Part shown: positions 36,668 through 46,086 of the stretch, in pieces
How the letters are laid out: each line of letters opens with the position of its first letter
Position numbering within the stretch: the stretch's first letter is position 1
Program-made: the position numbers and the translations under genes
Assembly: GCA_964534375.1 (NCBI GenBank)
Contig: CAZHPN010000005.1
Span: 2,676-66,675, forward strand
Length of the DNA stretch: 64,000 bases
Direction: 5' to 3'
Origin: an uncultured bacterium
GTDB taxonomy: Bacteria > Lernaellota > Lernaellaia > Lernaellales > Lernaellaceae
Notes under the pieces: generated by a model
Database searches by the model: none
The model's input: the letters and a program-made list of their open reading frames with translations, nothing else
What the model was told of the DNA's origin: nothing

Positions 36668-37227
36668 CGACGTACGCCGCCCTCGCGAAACAATTCATCG
36701 TGCGCCTGGCGTCGCTGAAAGGCGGCCCGCTGCCGCTGCGCGCCGTCGGCTATTACATGGGCGACCTGGACTCGCTCGTCGACGATCTCGAAGCGGGCGA
36801 CGTGCCCGTGCCGCCCTGCGCCTTCGTGAAATTCGACCGCGAGGATATGCACGAGGAAGGCGCACTGACCGAGGACCGCTCGGGCCTGCATTGGGCGGTC
36901 ATCGTCATCGCCGAAAATCTGCGGTCGAGTTACGACGCGGCCGTCGCCGCGCCCGACGCGGCGCTCGCGATTTTGTTCGCCGTGCGCCGCGCCGTCGTCA
37001 ATTTTATCCCCGCCGGCTGCGACACGCCCGTGCGCTGGGGCGGCGCGCAAAGCCTGTGGGAATCAAAAAAAAGAAATTGCTGCGTTTACCTCGGGCGGTT
37101 CTTCCACGAGGCGCAGATCTGCGATGAGCCGACGTTCGCGCCGCCGATTACGTCCGTGCAATCCACGGCCGCGGTTGACGGGCGCCGCTTCTTTCAACGC
37201 ACCGACAAAATGCCGGAGGGAAAATGA
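36664..37227 (+). CDS. Mu gp37-like tail-completion family protein (DUF1834-like)
   Basis: Positional call (between G-like and DUF2635); 187 aa. Confidence 0.4.
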   Translation: MTTYAALAKQFIVRLASLKGGPLPLRAVGYYMGDLDSLVDDLEAGDVPVPPCAFVKFDREDMHEEGALTEDRSGLHWAVIVIAENLRSSYDAAVAAPDAALAILFAVRRAVVNFIPAGCDTPVRWGGAQSLWESKKRNCCVYLGRFFHEAQICDEPTFAPPITSVQSTAAVDGRRFFQRTDKMPEGK

Positions 37228-37409
37228 CAGGAAAACTTTTCGTGCCGAAAACGGGCGTCGTGATTCCGCGCCACGGCGCCGCGCGTGGGGACGTGCCGGC
37301 CGCCGGCGAGCGCCTCACGGCGGAGAACGCCAACTATTACCGGCGCTGCGTCGCGCGCGGCGAGGGAACGATCGTCGATGCGCCGGCGGCGAAAGGGGGT
37401 CAATCATGA
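37224..37409 (+). CDS. DUF2635-like small protein (Mu gp38-like)
   Basis: 61 aa; VPKTGVVIPRHGAARGDVPAAGERLTAENANYYRRCVARGEGTIVD matches the DUF2635 pattern. Confidence 0.45.
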   Translation: MTGKLFVPKTGVVIPRHGAARGDVPAAGERLTAENANYYRRCVARGEGTIVDAPAAKGGQS

Positions 37410-39319
37410 TGTGGCACTGGCTTGGCCTGCTGGCCTTCTGGACCTTTGCCTGCTGGGGCCTGCGGATCGTGTTTCAGAACCTCGACCCGAGCGATCATTC
37501 GCCCGGCCTTTATATGGAAACTGTGTTCACGCCGGGCCAATCCGTCGGCGCGCAGCCGTATATGCTGCTCTTGATCGGCCAAAAGCTCGGCGCGGGCTCC
37601 GCCGGCGCCGGCCAGGTCTATACGCCGATGCGCGAGAACGACGTGATTTCGCTCTTCGGCGCGGGCTCGATTTGCTGGCGGATGTGGAAAGAAGCGCGGC
37701 GCATCTGGCAGGGCCTGCCGATCGGCGTCTTGCCGATGGCCGACCCGACGGTCGGGGCCGCCGCGGGAAACATCATTTTTTCCGGCCCGGCGACGCACGC
37801 CGGGAACGCCGTGGTCACGATCGGCAATGTCACGGTCACGTTCGCCCATGCGGCGGATGCGACCGCGGCGGACGTCGCGGCCGGCGTCGCGGCGCTGCTC
37901 ACGTCGGGCGTGCAGCCGGGTTTGCAGGCCACGGTGGCCGTTGACGCCGACAACACGGCGAAACTCAACGTGACGCAAATTCCGGGCCGCGGCAATATCG
38001 TCCAACTGGCCGCGGCCTTCTCCGGCGGCAGCACGGGCGTAACCGCCGCAGTCACCCAAACGACCGGCGGCGGCTTCGCGCGCGGCGGCATTTTGTTCGC
38101 CGGCGCGGCGACGGGCAACGGCAGCGTCACAATTGATATCGGCGACAACGTCGAGGTCGTCGCGACGTACCAAACCGGCGACACGGCGGCCGATCTTTGC
38201 GCCGCGGTCGCCGCGTTGCTGACGGCCGCCGCGCAGCCCGGCCTGCAGGCCGAGGTCGCGCAGGACCTGGCGACGCCGGCGCAGTTGGATGTTTATCACA
38301 AGCACATCGGCGTGCTCGGCAACGAATTGCAATTGCGCGCGACGTTCGGCGAAAACGCCGGCCTGTCGGCGACGGTTGCGCAGCCGGCCGGCGGCCTCGG
38401 TACGCTCGATCTGACGACGGTCGAATCGGTGGTCGGCGACGCCGGTTACAACTATCTCGCCTGCGCGGTCAACGATGCGACGAACGGCGTGACGCTCGCC
38501 CGCTGGCTCGCCGACTTCTGGTCGGGCGCGGTCGGCAAACCGACCGTCGGCGGCCTTTGCTCGCTCGACACTTACGCCAATGTGCTGGCGCTGGCGAACG
38601 CGATCCAGGCGAAGCACCTGATGGTGATCGGCTCGCCGGGCAGCGTCTCGCCGAGCTACGCCCGCACGGCCGTCATTATGGCCGAACGCGCGCGGCGCGA
38701 TTGCAACGTCTCGCCGAACGACGCGCTGCAGAACTTCGTCACGGGCCTCACCGGCGCGTGGGACCAGACGCAGCAATTCTCGGTCAAGGCCGGCGAGTGG
38801 CGCGCCTGCTTCGATCGCGGCGTTTCGCCCTGCATCGTCAACGCCAGCGGCGACGACGTGCTCGGCTGCGATGTGTGGTCGGAATTCAAAGACCCGGAAA
38901 CCGGCCTGACCATCGGCCTGCAATTCTTCACGTTCAGCGGCGTGATGTCCTATCGCCTTTACCGCGTGCTCGCCCGCTGGGCGCGGTCGCGCGCCGGCGA
39001 CGCCAATTGGCCGATGCGCGTCGGCACGCAGCCCAAGACGGTCACGGTCACGTTGCCGGACAATTCGAAGGTCAATATTTTGCAATCGGACCAATCGCTC
39101 GCGCTCGCCTTGCAGGCCCGCGCCGAGGATTTGGACCTCGAACAAAACCATTATCTCAATTTCGTCAGTTCGCGCACGTTCGCGCAGAACTACCAGCATC
39201 AGGTGCTCGATTACGCCAAAGGCCAGGTCGCGGTCAGCGCGCAAGTCTGGCCGGCGCCGCCGATCGTCGGCATTTTCGGGCAGCAGGTCAGCAACGCCTC
39301 GCCGCCGGAGGACAATTAA
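37406..39319 (+). CDS. Tail sheath protein (Mu gpL-like) with two internal ~90-aa repeats
   Basis: Located after DUF2635 and before the tube gene; N-terminal PGLYMETVFTPGQSVGAQPYMLLLIGQ sheath-like motif. The true start may be 37406 or the internal Met ~37514. Confidence 0.65.
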   Translation: MMWHWLGLLAFWTFACWGLRIVFQNLDPSDHSPGLYMETVFTPGQSVGAQPYMLLLIGQKLGAGSAGAGQVYTPMRENDVISLFGAGSICWRMWKEARRIWQGLPIGVLPMADPTVGAAAGNIIFSGPATHAGNAVVTIGNVTVTFAHAADATAADVAAGVAALLTSGVQPGLQATVAVDADNTAKLNVTQIPGRGNIVQLAAAFSGGSTGVTAAVTQTTGGGFARGGILFAGAATGNGSVTIDIGDNVEVVATYQTGDTAADLCAAVAALLTAAAQPGLQAEVAQDLATPAQLDVYHKHIGVLGNELQLRATFGENAGLSATVAQPAGGLGTLDLTTVESVVGDAGYNYLACAVNDATNGVTLARWLADFWSGAVGKPTVGGLCSLDTYANVLALANAIQAKHLMVIGSPGSVSPSYARTAVIMAERARRDCNVSPNDALQNFVTGLTGAWDQTQQFSVKAGEWRACFDRGVSPCIVNASGDDVLGCDVWSEFKDPETGLTIGLQFFTFSGVMSYRLYRVLARWARSRAGDANWPMRVGTQPKTVTVTLPDNSKVNILQSDQSLALALQARAEDLDLEQNHYLNFVSSRTFAQNYQHQVLDYAKGQVAVSAQVWPAPPIVGIFGQQVSNASPPEDN

Positions 39320-39320
39320 C

Positions 39321-39767
39321 ATGACGACGCTCATTCTCGCGATTTTGTTCGGCCTGATGGCATACGCCGTCGGCATCACCGCGATCGAGGTGCCGCTCGC
39401 CGGCATCTACATCATGAAAATCGAAGGGTTCCCGGTGCTCGAACAGGTGAGCTTCAACATCGACGGCCACGACCAGGTGGTTGCCGAGGATCTGCTCATG
39501 GGCGTCGGGACATCGCTGACGTTCGGCGCGGGCTCGGGTTCGATCGAAACGAAAGAACCGCAAGCGCAATTGATCCCCTGGGAAAGCATGAACGGCCAAC
39601 CGCCGATGAACAACGTGGCGGCGTCCTTCGAGCCGATCGCCGGCATCGGCAGCTGCTTCGACTTGCAGAACTTCTACGTCATCAATTGTGCGACGTTCCG
39701 TCAGGACAAAAAGGCGGCGCTCAGTCGCCCCATCAAAATCGGCTGGGCCTCGCTCACGCCGCGGTAA
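39321..39767 (+). CDS. Tail tube protein (Mu gpM-like)
   Basis: 148 aa immediately after the sheath gene. Confidence 0.55.
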   Translation: MTTLILAILFGLMAYAVGITAIEVPLAGIYIMKIEGFPVLEQVSFNIDGHDQVVAEDLLMGVGTSLTFGAGSGSIETKEPQAQLIPWESMNGQPPMNNVAASFEPIAGIGSCFDLQNFYVINCATFRQDKKAALSRPIKIGWASLTPR

Positions 39768-39775
39768 CAACCAAC

Positions 39776-39842
39776 GGGATTCGGGGCTCGGGATTCGGCT
39801 GCGGCCTCCCGGACCCCGGACCCCGAAACCCGGAACCCGAGG
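39776..39842. repeat. Short tandem repeats (GGGATTC and CCCGRAM heptamers)
   Basis: gggattcggggctcgggattcgg ... ccggaccccggaccccgaaacccggaacccga; related to the host repeat at 8473..8504. Confidence 0.7.
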
Positions 39843-39850
39843 GGGAAATC

Positions 39851-40228
39851 ATGGCAACCATCAACGACGCGGACATCGTCCGCAAAATGCGCGAACTGAC
39901 CGAGCCGTTCACGCTCACCGGCGGCGTCCTGATCGCCGGCAACGTCTTTCGCACGGGCACGATGCGTATCCTCACCGGCCACATTCAGTCGGAAGTGACC
40001 GCCCAAAATCCCAAAAACGCCGACGAAGAAGCCGCGATGCTGATCGCCAAACGCATCACGCTCGACGGCCTCGATCCGAAAGCGCTCACGCACACCGCCA
40101 TTCTCGAGCTGCCGTCGTTCGATCGCGGCGAACTCGATATGGCCGCGGGGAGATTGTACGAAAAGTACAGCACCTTTCGTGACAAGCAACCTGCGACCGC
40201 GGCTGCAAACGGCGGGAAGACTGGCTAG
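39851..40228 (+). CDS. Tail assembly chaperone candidate (tape-measure chaperone position)
   Basis: 125 aa between tube and tape measure; a 120-nt gap before the TMP gene could accommodate a frameshifted extension. Confidence 0.45.
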   Translation: MATINDADIVRKMRELTEPFTLTGGVLIAGNVFRTGTMRILTGHIQSEVTAQNPKNADEEAAMLIAKRITLDGLDPKALTHTAILELPSFDRGELDMAAGRLYEKYSTFRDKQPATAAANGGKTG

Positions 40229-40348
40229 GCATTTCCGCATGTCGCTGGGCGAGGCGTTGTCCTTGCCCCGCGACATTGCGGTTTTGCTCTGGGATATCGC
40301 AAACGAAGAAGGCGAGGATCGGTGCCCGTTCATGGGCTGAGACGGTGA

Positions 40349-42535
40349 TTGACGATGGCGATGGATATCATGCGTGCGGCGCTAATGATCGACCTGGGCG
40401 GCAACGCCAGCGCCGGTCTTGCGCGCATGAACACCTACTTGGAGAAAACAGGCCTCATCACCGAAAAAAATCGTCCTGGCTGGCGCGGCATGACGTCGGA
40501 CATCAAGAATGCGACGGCCGCGTTGGGGGCATTTTATACCGCCGGGCGTATGATCGAGCGGATCGAGCCCGGCGCGGCCCGGCTGCAAACGTCGCTGCGA
40601 AATCTGAAAATCAATCTCTCGACCGAGCCGCTCGACGACCTAGACAAGACGATCAAAAAATACAGCCAGAACGCGTTCATGATCCAGGCAAAATTCGCCG
40701 TGGATATGACCGACGTGATGGAGGCGCAGAAGTATCTCAAGGGCCAACAGTGGGGCACGTCGGACATCCTCGGCGTGGGCGGCCACGCGGCGACCGCGTC
40801 GAAAATGGCGACGATCTTCAAGCGCGATTATGCCAATGCGGAAATGGCGGCCGTCGATGTTTCGCAGGCGATGCGCATGTTCGGGTTGACGGGCTCAAGT
40901 GCGCGCTTCGGCGACATTTTGACGCGCGCCTCGACGATGGGCGTGAACCCGGCCGACCTGATGCATCAAATGGAATACGTGGGGCCCTTGGCGAAGTCGG
41001 CGTTCGGCGCGCGCACGCAAGAGCAGCGCTGGAAGGCCCTGGAAGAGACCGTGTTCGGCATTTCGCTGGGCGTCTCCAGCGGCGCGAAGCCCGAGGCGAT
41101 CGGCCGTTACATGGGCGATTTCCTCGCGCGGATGGCCGGCGGCGCCGGCCGCGGGCATCACGGCACGGGCGGCCTGAATTTGTGGGAAACCACGGGCACG
41201 GGCAAGGACCGCACGAGGCACCTGAAGGATTGGATTCAGATCAGCGACGAGCTGAACAAAAAATTCGGCAACATGACCGACGCCCGCAAGCGCGAGGCGG
41301 AACTCGTAAAAATTTTCGGCGAGCAAGCCGCGCGCCTGGCCGTCGTTTTGATGGACCTCGGCGATCGCGCCAAGACGGCGCGCGAAAAATACCAAAAAGC
41401 GCCCGGCGCCGAAGAACGAATCGCCGGGCTCAAAGGGTCGTCCGAGTACGAGACCGCGATCGCCAAGAGCACGCTGAAAAGCATTTCCGACCTGGCCGGC
41501 CAGCGGCTGGCCGAACACAAGGGCCGGGCGTACGGCCTGCTCAATAGCGTGCTCGGCGTCGGCGGCGACGTGGCCGCCAACGAGAACGTGCAGGGCGGCC
41601 TCGCCTACGGCCTGGAAGGCGGCAAGTTTGTGGCGGGCGGCCTGGCGGCGTTCCTCGCAGCCCGCGGCCTCGTGCGCGGCGCAGGGGCATTAAAACAGGC
41701 CGGCGGCCTTTCCAAGATTCTCGGCCTCGGTTCGAGCGCCGTCACCGGCGACCTGGCCGGCACGGCGATGCAGCAAATCGACAAAAACCTGAGGAAGGTG
41801 TTCGTCGTCAATTGGCCGAACGGCGGCTGGGGCGGCGGCGCGATCGGCGGCGCGGGACTCGGGCGTTTGTCGGCAGCCGACGAGGCGATTCTATTCGGCA
41901 AAAAAGCCGAGGCGACCGCCGCCGGCGAGGCGGCCAAAGGGTTGACCACCTTCGGCGCCAACCTGACCAACACCAGCACGGCGCTCGGCGCGTTCGCGTC
42001 CGTCGCCGGCTCGGCCGGCCTGGTGCTGGCCGCGATCGCCGCAATCAAAGCCGGCGACGAGGCCAAGGCCGCTTATGACGATCTCGATTATCTCAACCGT
42101 CTGCCGCATCCGGGCGTCGGCGCGATCGCGAAGACCCGCGACGCCTCGATCGAGCGGGAAATCAAGAAACGCGGATTGAAGGGCAAGGCCGCGGAAAATT
42201 ACCGCCGCCAACGAATGGGCAAGCCGCTGCTCTCTGGCCCGAATGACCCGCTGGCGCACGGCTCGATCGCGCACAATATGTTTTTCCCGCCATCGGAAGA
42301 CTGGACCGATTTTACCGGCCAGAGCCACAGCGACACGGAATATATGTCGCTGCCCGCGGGCAAAAAACAGTATTCGCGCCCCGCCGGCCCTTACGATCAA
42401 GGGTCGGAAGAAGCGCCGATGCCCTGGGAAATTACCGTCAACGTGAAGGTGGACGACGACCGCACCAAGACGCAGGTCGATGGCGGCTCGCGCAAGCCGC
42501 GCAACGTCAAGCTTCGCACGCAGGGGGCCGAATAA
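40349..42535 (+). CDS. Tail tape measure protein
   Basis: 728 aa, Ala/Gly-rich helical protein with an internal hydrophobic Gly-rich segment; canonical position. Confidence 0.75.
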   Translation: MTMAMDIMRAALMIDLGGNASAGLARMNTYLEKTGLITEKNRPGWRGMTSDIKNATAALGAFYTAGRMIERIEPGAARLQTSLRNLKINLSTEPLDDLDKTIKKYSQNAFMIQAKFAVDMTDVMEAQKYLKGQQWGTSDILGVGGHAATASKMATIFKRDYANAEMAAVDVSQAMRMFGLTGSSARFGDILTRASTMGVNPADLMHQMEYVGPLAKSAFGARTQEQRWKALEETVFGISLGVSSGAKPEAIGRYMGDFLARMAGGAGRGHHGTGGLNLWETTGTGKDRTRHLKDWIQISDELNKKFGNMTDARKREAELVKIFGEQAARLAVVLMDLGDRAKTAREKYQKAPGAEERIAGLKGSSEYETAIAKSTLKSISDLAGQRLAEHKGRAYGLLNSVLGVGGDVAANENVQGGLAYGLEGGKFVAGGLAAFLAARGLVRGAGALKQAGGLSKILGLGSSAVTGDLAGTAMQQIDKNLRKVFVVNWPNGGWGGGAIGGAGLGRLSAADEAILFGKKAEATAAGEAAKGLTTFGANLTNTSTALGAFASVAGSAGLVLAAIAAIKAGDEAKAAYDDLDYLNRLPHPGVGAIAKTRDASIEREIKKRGLKGKAAENYRRQRMGKPLLSGPNDPLAHGSIAHNMFFPPSEDWTDFTGQSHSDTEYMSLPAGKKQYSRPAGPYDQGSEEAPMPWEITVNVKVDDDRTKTQVDGGSRKPRNVKLRTQGAE

Positions 42536-43806
42536 TGGCCGACCGCGACCCATTGCTCGTTCCCTGCACGTTAAACGGCATGCAACTGCCGCTTAAATCG
42601 TTCACGGATCACCACGCCCGCGCGCTGGCCGTGCACAGTTACAAAGACATTCCGGGCGGCGACGTGGACGACGCGGGCGCCGAGCCGCTCTGGGTGGATC
42701 TCGTTGTCGTGCTCGGCGGCATCGCGGCGCACCAAAACAAGCGCGCGCTCGGCGCGCTCATCGACAATACGCTGCCGCCGCTCGTGCTCACGCACCCGGT
42801 TTACGGGACGATGCCCGTGGCCGTGAAGACCGGCGATTCGGTTTGGACGGCCGGAACGCAGCGGCACGAATGGACGATCCACGTTGTCCGCGACACGCCG
42901 ACGCCAACCCTCGCGATGACGCCGCCGATCGCTTCGACGATCGTCAGCGCGCCGGCGATCGCCGCGGTGAACGCCGATTTCTCGCAACTCGCGGCCCTCC
43001 TCATGTGGCTGCTGGCGTTCGTCAACGCGCTGCGATCGCTGATATTGGGTTGGATCAATTTTCTCGGCCAATTGGGTTACGCCGCGCAATATCTCGAAGA
43101 CGTGGGCGCGTCGCAAATCGGCGAGTTCGGCTCGCTCGTGGCCGATGCAATGGCCGCGGATATGAGCGCCATGAAAAGCCTTTGCAATTACCCCGAAGAC
43201 CTCGCCGCGGCCTGCCAGCAGCAATGGAAGAATCTTTCGCTGGCCTACGCGAACGAATGGGGTTTTCCGGTGCAGACGTTGCGCGATTACGAATCGGGCG
43301 CGCGGGTCTACGATTCCTCGCCCTTCGCCAACGGCCGGCCGGCCGACGTGGAAAGCGCCGACGTGCAAACGCACGCGTTTCTGACCCTGATGGCCGGCGC
43401 GCGCGTCGGCTTCACGGCGGCGATGATCGAGACGGCCAGCGGCATGCTTTGCGACGCCGACCAGGCCGGCACGCTGACGGCCGCGCAGGCGACGATGACG
43501 GTCAACGCCTGCTACGGCGAGATTCAGAAGAGCCACCGCCTGGCGCGCACGATTCTGCCCGGCGGCCAGGCCGCGCAGGCGTGCCTGGATATGGCCGCGG
43601 GTTTGCGGCAACTGATGAACGGCCTGCGCATCCGCAGCGCTTATCGGCAAACCGTCGTGCTGAAAACCGCGCCGTTGTTTCTCATTCTTGCCGAGCACCG
43701 CATCGACCAGGGGCGGTTGGAAGAGATTCAACGCGCGAACGATCTGCCCGACACGCTTCGCGTGCCGGTCGGCGCGAAAATTTGGATTCCGGCGGAGGCG
43801 GCGTGA
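42535..43806 (+). CDS. DNA circulation protein (Mu gpN-like) with C-terminal LysM-like domain
   Basis: N-terminal ARALAVHSYKDIPGGDVDDAGAEPLWVDLVVVL matches the DNA_circ_N pattern (RLAVHEYP.RD...); C-terminal ...ILAEHRIDQGRLEEIQRANDLPDTLRVPVGAKIWIP is LysM-like. Confidence 0.6.
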   Translation: MADRDPLLVPCTLNGMQLPLKSFTDHHARALAVHSYKDIPGGDVDDAGAEPLWVDLVVVLGGIAAHQNKRALGALIDNTLPPLVLTHPVYGTMPVAVKTGDSVWTAGTQRHEWTIHVVRDTPTPTLAMTPPIASTIVSAPAIAAVNADFSQLAALLMWLLAFVNALRSLILGWINFLGQLGYAAQYLEDVGASQIGEFGSLVADAMAADMSAMKSLCNYPEDLAAACQQQWKNLSLAYANEWGFPVQTLRDYESGARVYDSSPFANGRPADVESADVQTHAFLTLMAGARVGFTAAMIETASGMLCDADQAGTLTAAQATMTVNACYGEIQKSHRLARTILPGGQAAQACLDMAAGLRQLMNGLRIRSAYRQTVVLKTAPLFLILAEHRIDQGRLEEIQRANDLPDTLRVPVGAKIWIPAEAA

Positions 43807-43865
43807 ACAGTGGTCAGTGGCCAGTGGTCAGTGGTCAGCATCCGGACTCCGCAGCGTCTCTGCGG
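43807..43865 (+). repeat. (CAGTGGT)x4.5 tandem heptamer repeat followed by a hairpin CCGCAG-CGTCT-CTGCGG
   Basis: Intergenic between the DNA-circulation and gpP-like genes; a related GAACAGY heptamer repeat is at 19407..19435. Confidence 0.7.
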
Positions 43866-43887
43866 CGCCTCCGTGTGAGCCTTTTAA

Positions 43888-44976
43888 ATGATCTTTAAGC
43901 ACACCGTCATCGTGTCGTTCGACACATTGCCCGTCGTACAGTGGGACGCGTTGGACGTGGATTTGACGTTCGACAAACTCTGCGGCTTTCACCTGCGCCT
44001 GCATCCGCGAACGATCGCCGAGGAATTGGCGCTCCGGGCCGCCTGGCGCGTCGTCGTGACGTTGAACGGCAAGCCGGTGCTGCGCGGGGTCGTCGATCAT
44101 CCGCATCTGGATGAAAAACGCGACCCCGACGAATATTCCATCGATGGGCGCGAGAGCGTTGCGGTCGCGGCCGATTGCGACATCATCAACGTTGCCGATT
44201 TGACCTCGTTGACGATGGGCGCGGCGATGCCGACGGTGCTCGGGCCGTTCAAGATCGGCTTCGTGCCCGGCCCGCGCGCCGCGGCCAAGGAAATTCTCGA
44301 ACCGCTGCTCGGCAAGCGGCCGTATCACGCCATTCAACATTTGGCCGACGAAGCCGGGCTGGCGACCTGGACCGATCCGGTCGCCGGCGTCATTTTCTGC
44401 GACGAATACGCCGCGTTGCTGGCCCAGGCGCGCAAGCTGCCGCCGATCCAGATTTTCCGCATTCCGGGCAATCCCGCGAACAACGTCGAACGGTTCACCT
44501 ATGACGATGAAAAGTGCCTCAAGATGAATACCTGCTCGATTATCGCGGACATGCAAATCCAGGCCACGATCGACAACGTCGCCGCCGCGCCGGCGGTTCC
44601 CGCGTTCGCCCAGGGCCTGCCGCTGCCGGCGCTCGCGCGAAAACCGGACGATCCGGAGCTCGCGGAATATCGGCCGCTGTTGATCCACGGCCGCGGCGCG
44701 AAATATAGCGACTTCGCCCAGCGGCCGATGGCGGAATTGAAAAAACGCCTGGCGCAAGCCACGCGGCTCGGCTACGAGCTCGCCGGTTGGTGCGACAAAA
44801 AAGGCGTCCCGTATTCGGATATCCGCATGGCCCAGGTTGCCGACGCCAGGCGCGAGATTTACGGCGAATTCTTTGTGGCGGCGGCGCGGCTCACGGCGAA
44901 GCGATCGAAGGACGACCCGAACGGCGGCTTCAATACACTTCTCAGTTTGATCGATCCAGGATGTTTGGCGGCATGA
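43888..44976 (+). CDS. Baseplate/tail protein (Mu gpP-like, P2 gpD-like family)
   Basis: 362 aa; positional and size-based call. Confidence 0.5.
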   Translation: MIFKHTVIVSFDTLPVVQWDALDVDLTFDKLCGFHLRLHPRTIAEELALRAAWRVVVTLNGKPVLRGVVDHPHLDEKRDPDEYSIDGRESVAVAADCDIINVADLTSLTMGAAMPTVLGPFKIGFVPGPRAAAKEILEPLLGKRPYHAIQHLADEAGLATWTDPVAGVIFCDEYAALLAQARKLPPIQIFRIPGNPANNVERFTYDDEKCLKMNTCSIIADMQIQATIDNVAAAPAVPAFAQGLPLPALARKPDDPELAEYRPLLIHGRGAKYSDFAQRPMAELKKRLAQATRLGYELAGWCDKKGVPYSDIRMAQVADARREIYGEFFVAAARLTAKRSKDDPNGGFNTLLSLIDPGCLAA

Positions 44977-45455
44977 CAATCGAACGCGATCGCGAAGAAC
45001 TCGCCGAATTGGGCCGCGCGACGGTCGCGGCCATGCTGCCGTCGCCGACCGGGCGCCTGGTGTTGCAACTGCTGCGCGGCGCGGCCGGGCCGCGGGCGAA
45101 CGTCGAACTGTGGGGCAACGGCTGCACGGATTTTCTGCCGACGAATCCGGCCGGCCTCGAAGTGCTGCTCTCGCAGTTATCGAGCGGGGCGCCGGCGGCG
45201 ATCGCCGTCGCCTGCGATATCGCGATCAAGCTCGCCGGGGTCGTGCTGCCCGGCCAGGCGCGCCTGTTCAACCCGTCGGACGGCAACCAGGTGCTGCTCG
45301 ACGTGGGCGGCATTATTCGCCTGGGCGGCCCGCTGGCGACGCATCCGGTCGTCTGCTCCGGCGACGTTATTACCGGACTGACCGCCGGTCCCTATGCCGT
45401 AACCGGATCGATTGTCGGCACGCCGGCGAGCGGCACGCGAAAGGTGATGGCATGA
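44973..45455 (+). CDS. Baseplate spike protein candidate (Mu gp45 / gpV-like)
   Basis: 160 aa; C-terminal ATHPVVCSGDVITGLTAGPYAVTGSIVG is beta-helix-like. Confidence 0.45.
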   Translation: MTIERDREELAELGRATVAAMLPSPTGRLVLQLLRGAAGPRANVELWGNGCTDFLPTNPAGLEVLLSQLSSGAPAAIAVACDIAIKLAGVVLPGQARLFNPSDGNQVLLDVGGIIRLGGPLATHPVVCSGDVITGLTAGPYAVTGSIVGTPASGTRKVMA

Positions 45456-45712
45456 AAAAGCGAGAAGCAAGAAGCCGGAAGCCGGAAGCCGGACTGCGCG
45501 CCTGGTTGCGCGGGCAGGCGGAAACGCGTTGCTTTATGGCCGGCCTGCGCGCGGTCGCGAAAAATCCGCGACGGCCGAATTACCGCTGGGCCCAGTTGTG
45601 GAAACGCCTGGCGATCGCGCTCGGCGCGAAATTCGCTGGGAGCGCCGACGCCCTCGTCGGCGACAGAAACGCCGGCGGGGGCGCCGGCGCTCCCGGCAAG
45701 GGGCGCCCGTGA
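45452..45712 (+). CDS. Small basic hypothetical protein
   Basis: 86-aa ORF from an internal ATG; Arg/Lys-rich, which makes it uncertain in high-GC DNA. Confidence 0.25.
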   Translation: MKKREARSRKPEAGLRAWLRGQAETRCFMAGLRAVAKNPRRPNYRWAQLWKRLAIALGAKFAGSADALVGDRNAGGGAGAPGKGRP

Positions 45713-46086
45713 GCCCGTTTCTCTGCCAGCCTGGCGTGGGCCTCGTCCTCGGACCCACAGGAAGGCCCGTCGCCGATCCAAGCGCGGCCACGGCCGTCTA
45801 CGTGCGCCTGGCGGCCATTTTTGACGGTTGGTGGTGGGACGCGACGAAACCGGCGGCGACCGAGGCCGAAATCGTCCGCGAAGTCTCGCCGGGCAGCGCG
45901 CCGCGCGTGGAAGCGCGCGCGACGATTCTTTTGCAGGCGCTGATCACCCAGGGCCTCATCAAAGACGTGACGGCGACCGCGACGCCAAATTACGCGAAGG
46001 CCGGATACGACCTGGTGATCAACTACACCGACCTCGTTTCGAACACGCCGGCGACGCTCAATGTCTTCGCCGCGATCGGGGATTGA
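45709..46086 (+). CDS. Baseplate protein (Mu gp46 / gpW-like)
   Basis: 125 aa from the GTG overlapping the upstream stop; positional call. Confidence 0.4.
   Translation: MSPFLCQPGVGLVLGPTGRPVADPSAATAVYVRLAAIFDGWWWDATKPAATEAEIVREVSPGSAPRVEARATILLQALITQGLIKDVTATATPNYAKAGYDLVINYTDLVSNTPATLNVFAAIGD

Noticed and set aside
40276-41547. 423-aa ORF overlapping the start of the tape-measure gene in another frame.
   Set aside because: Arg/Gly-rich artefact frame. The 40349 frame gives a typical TMP sequence.
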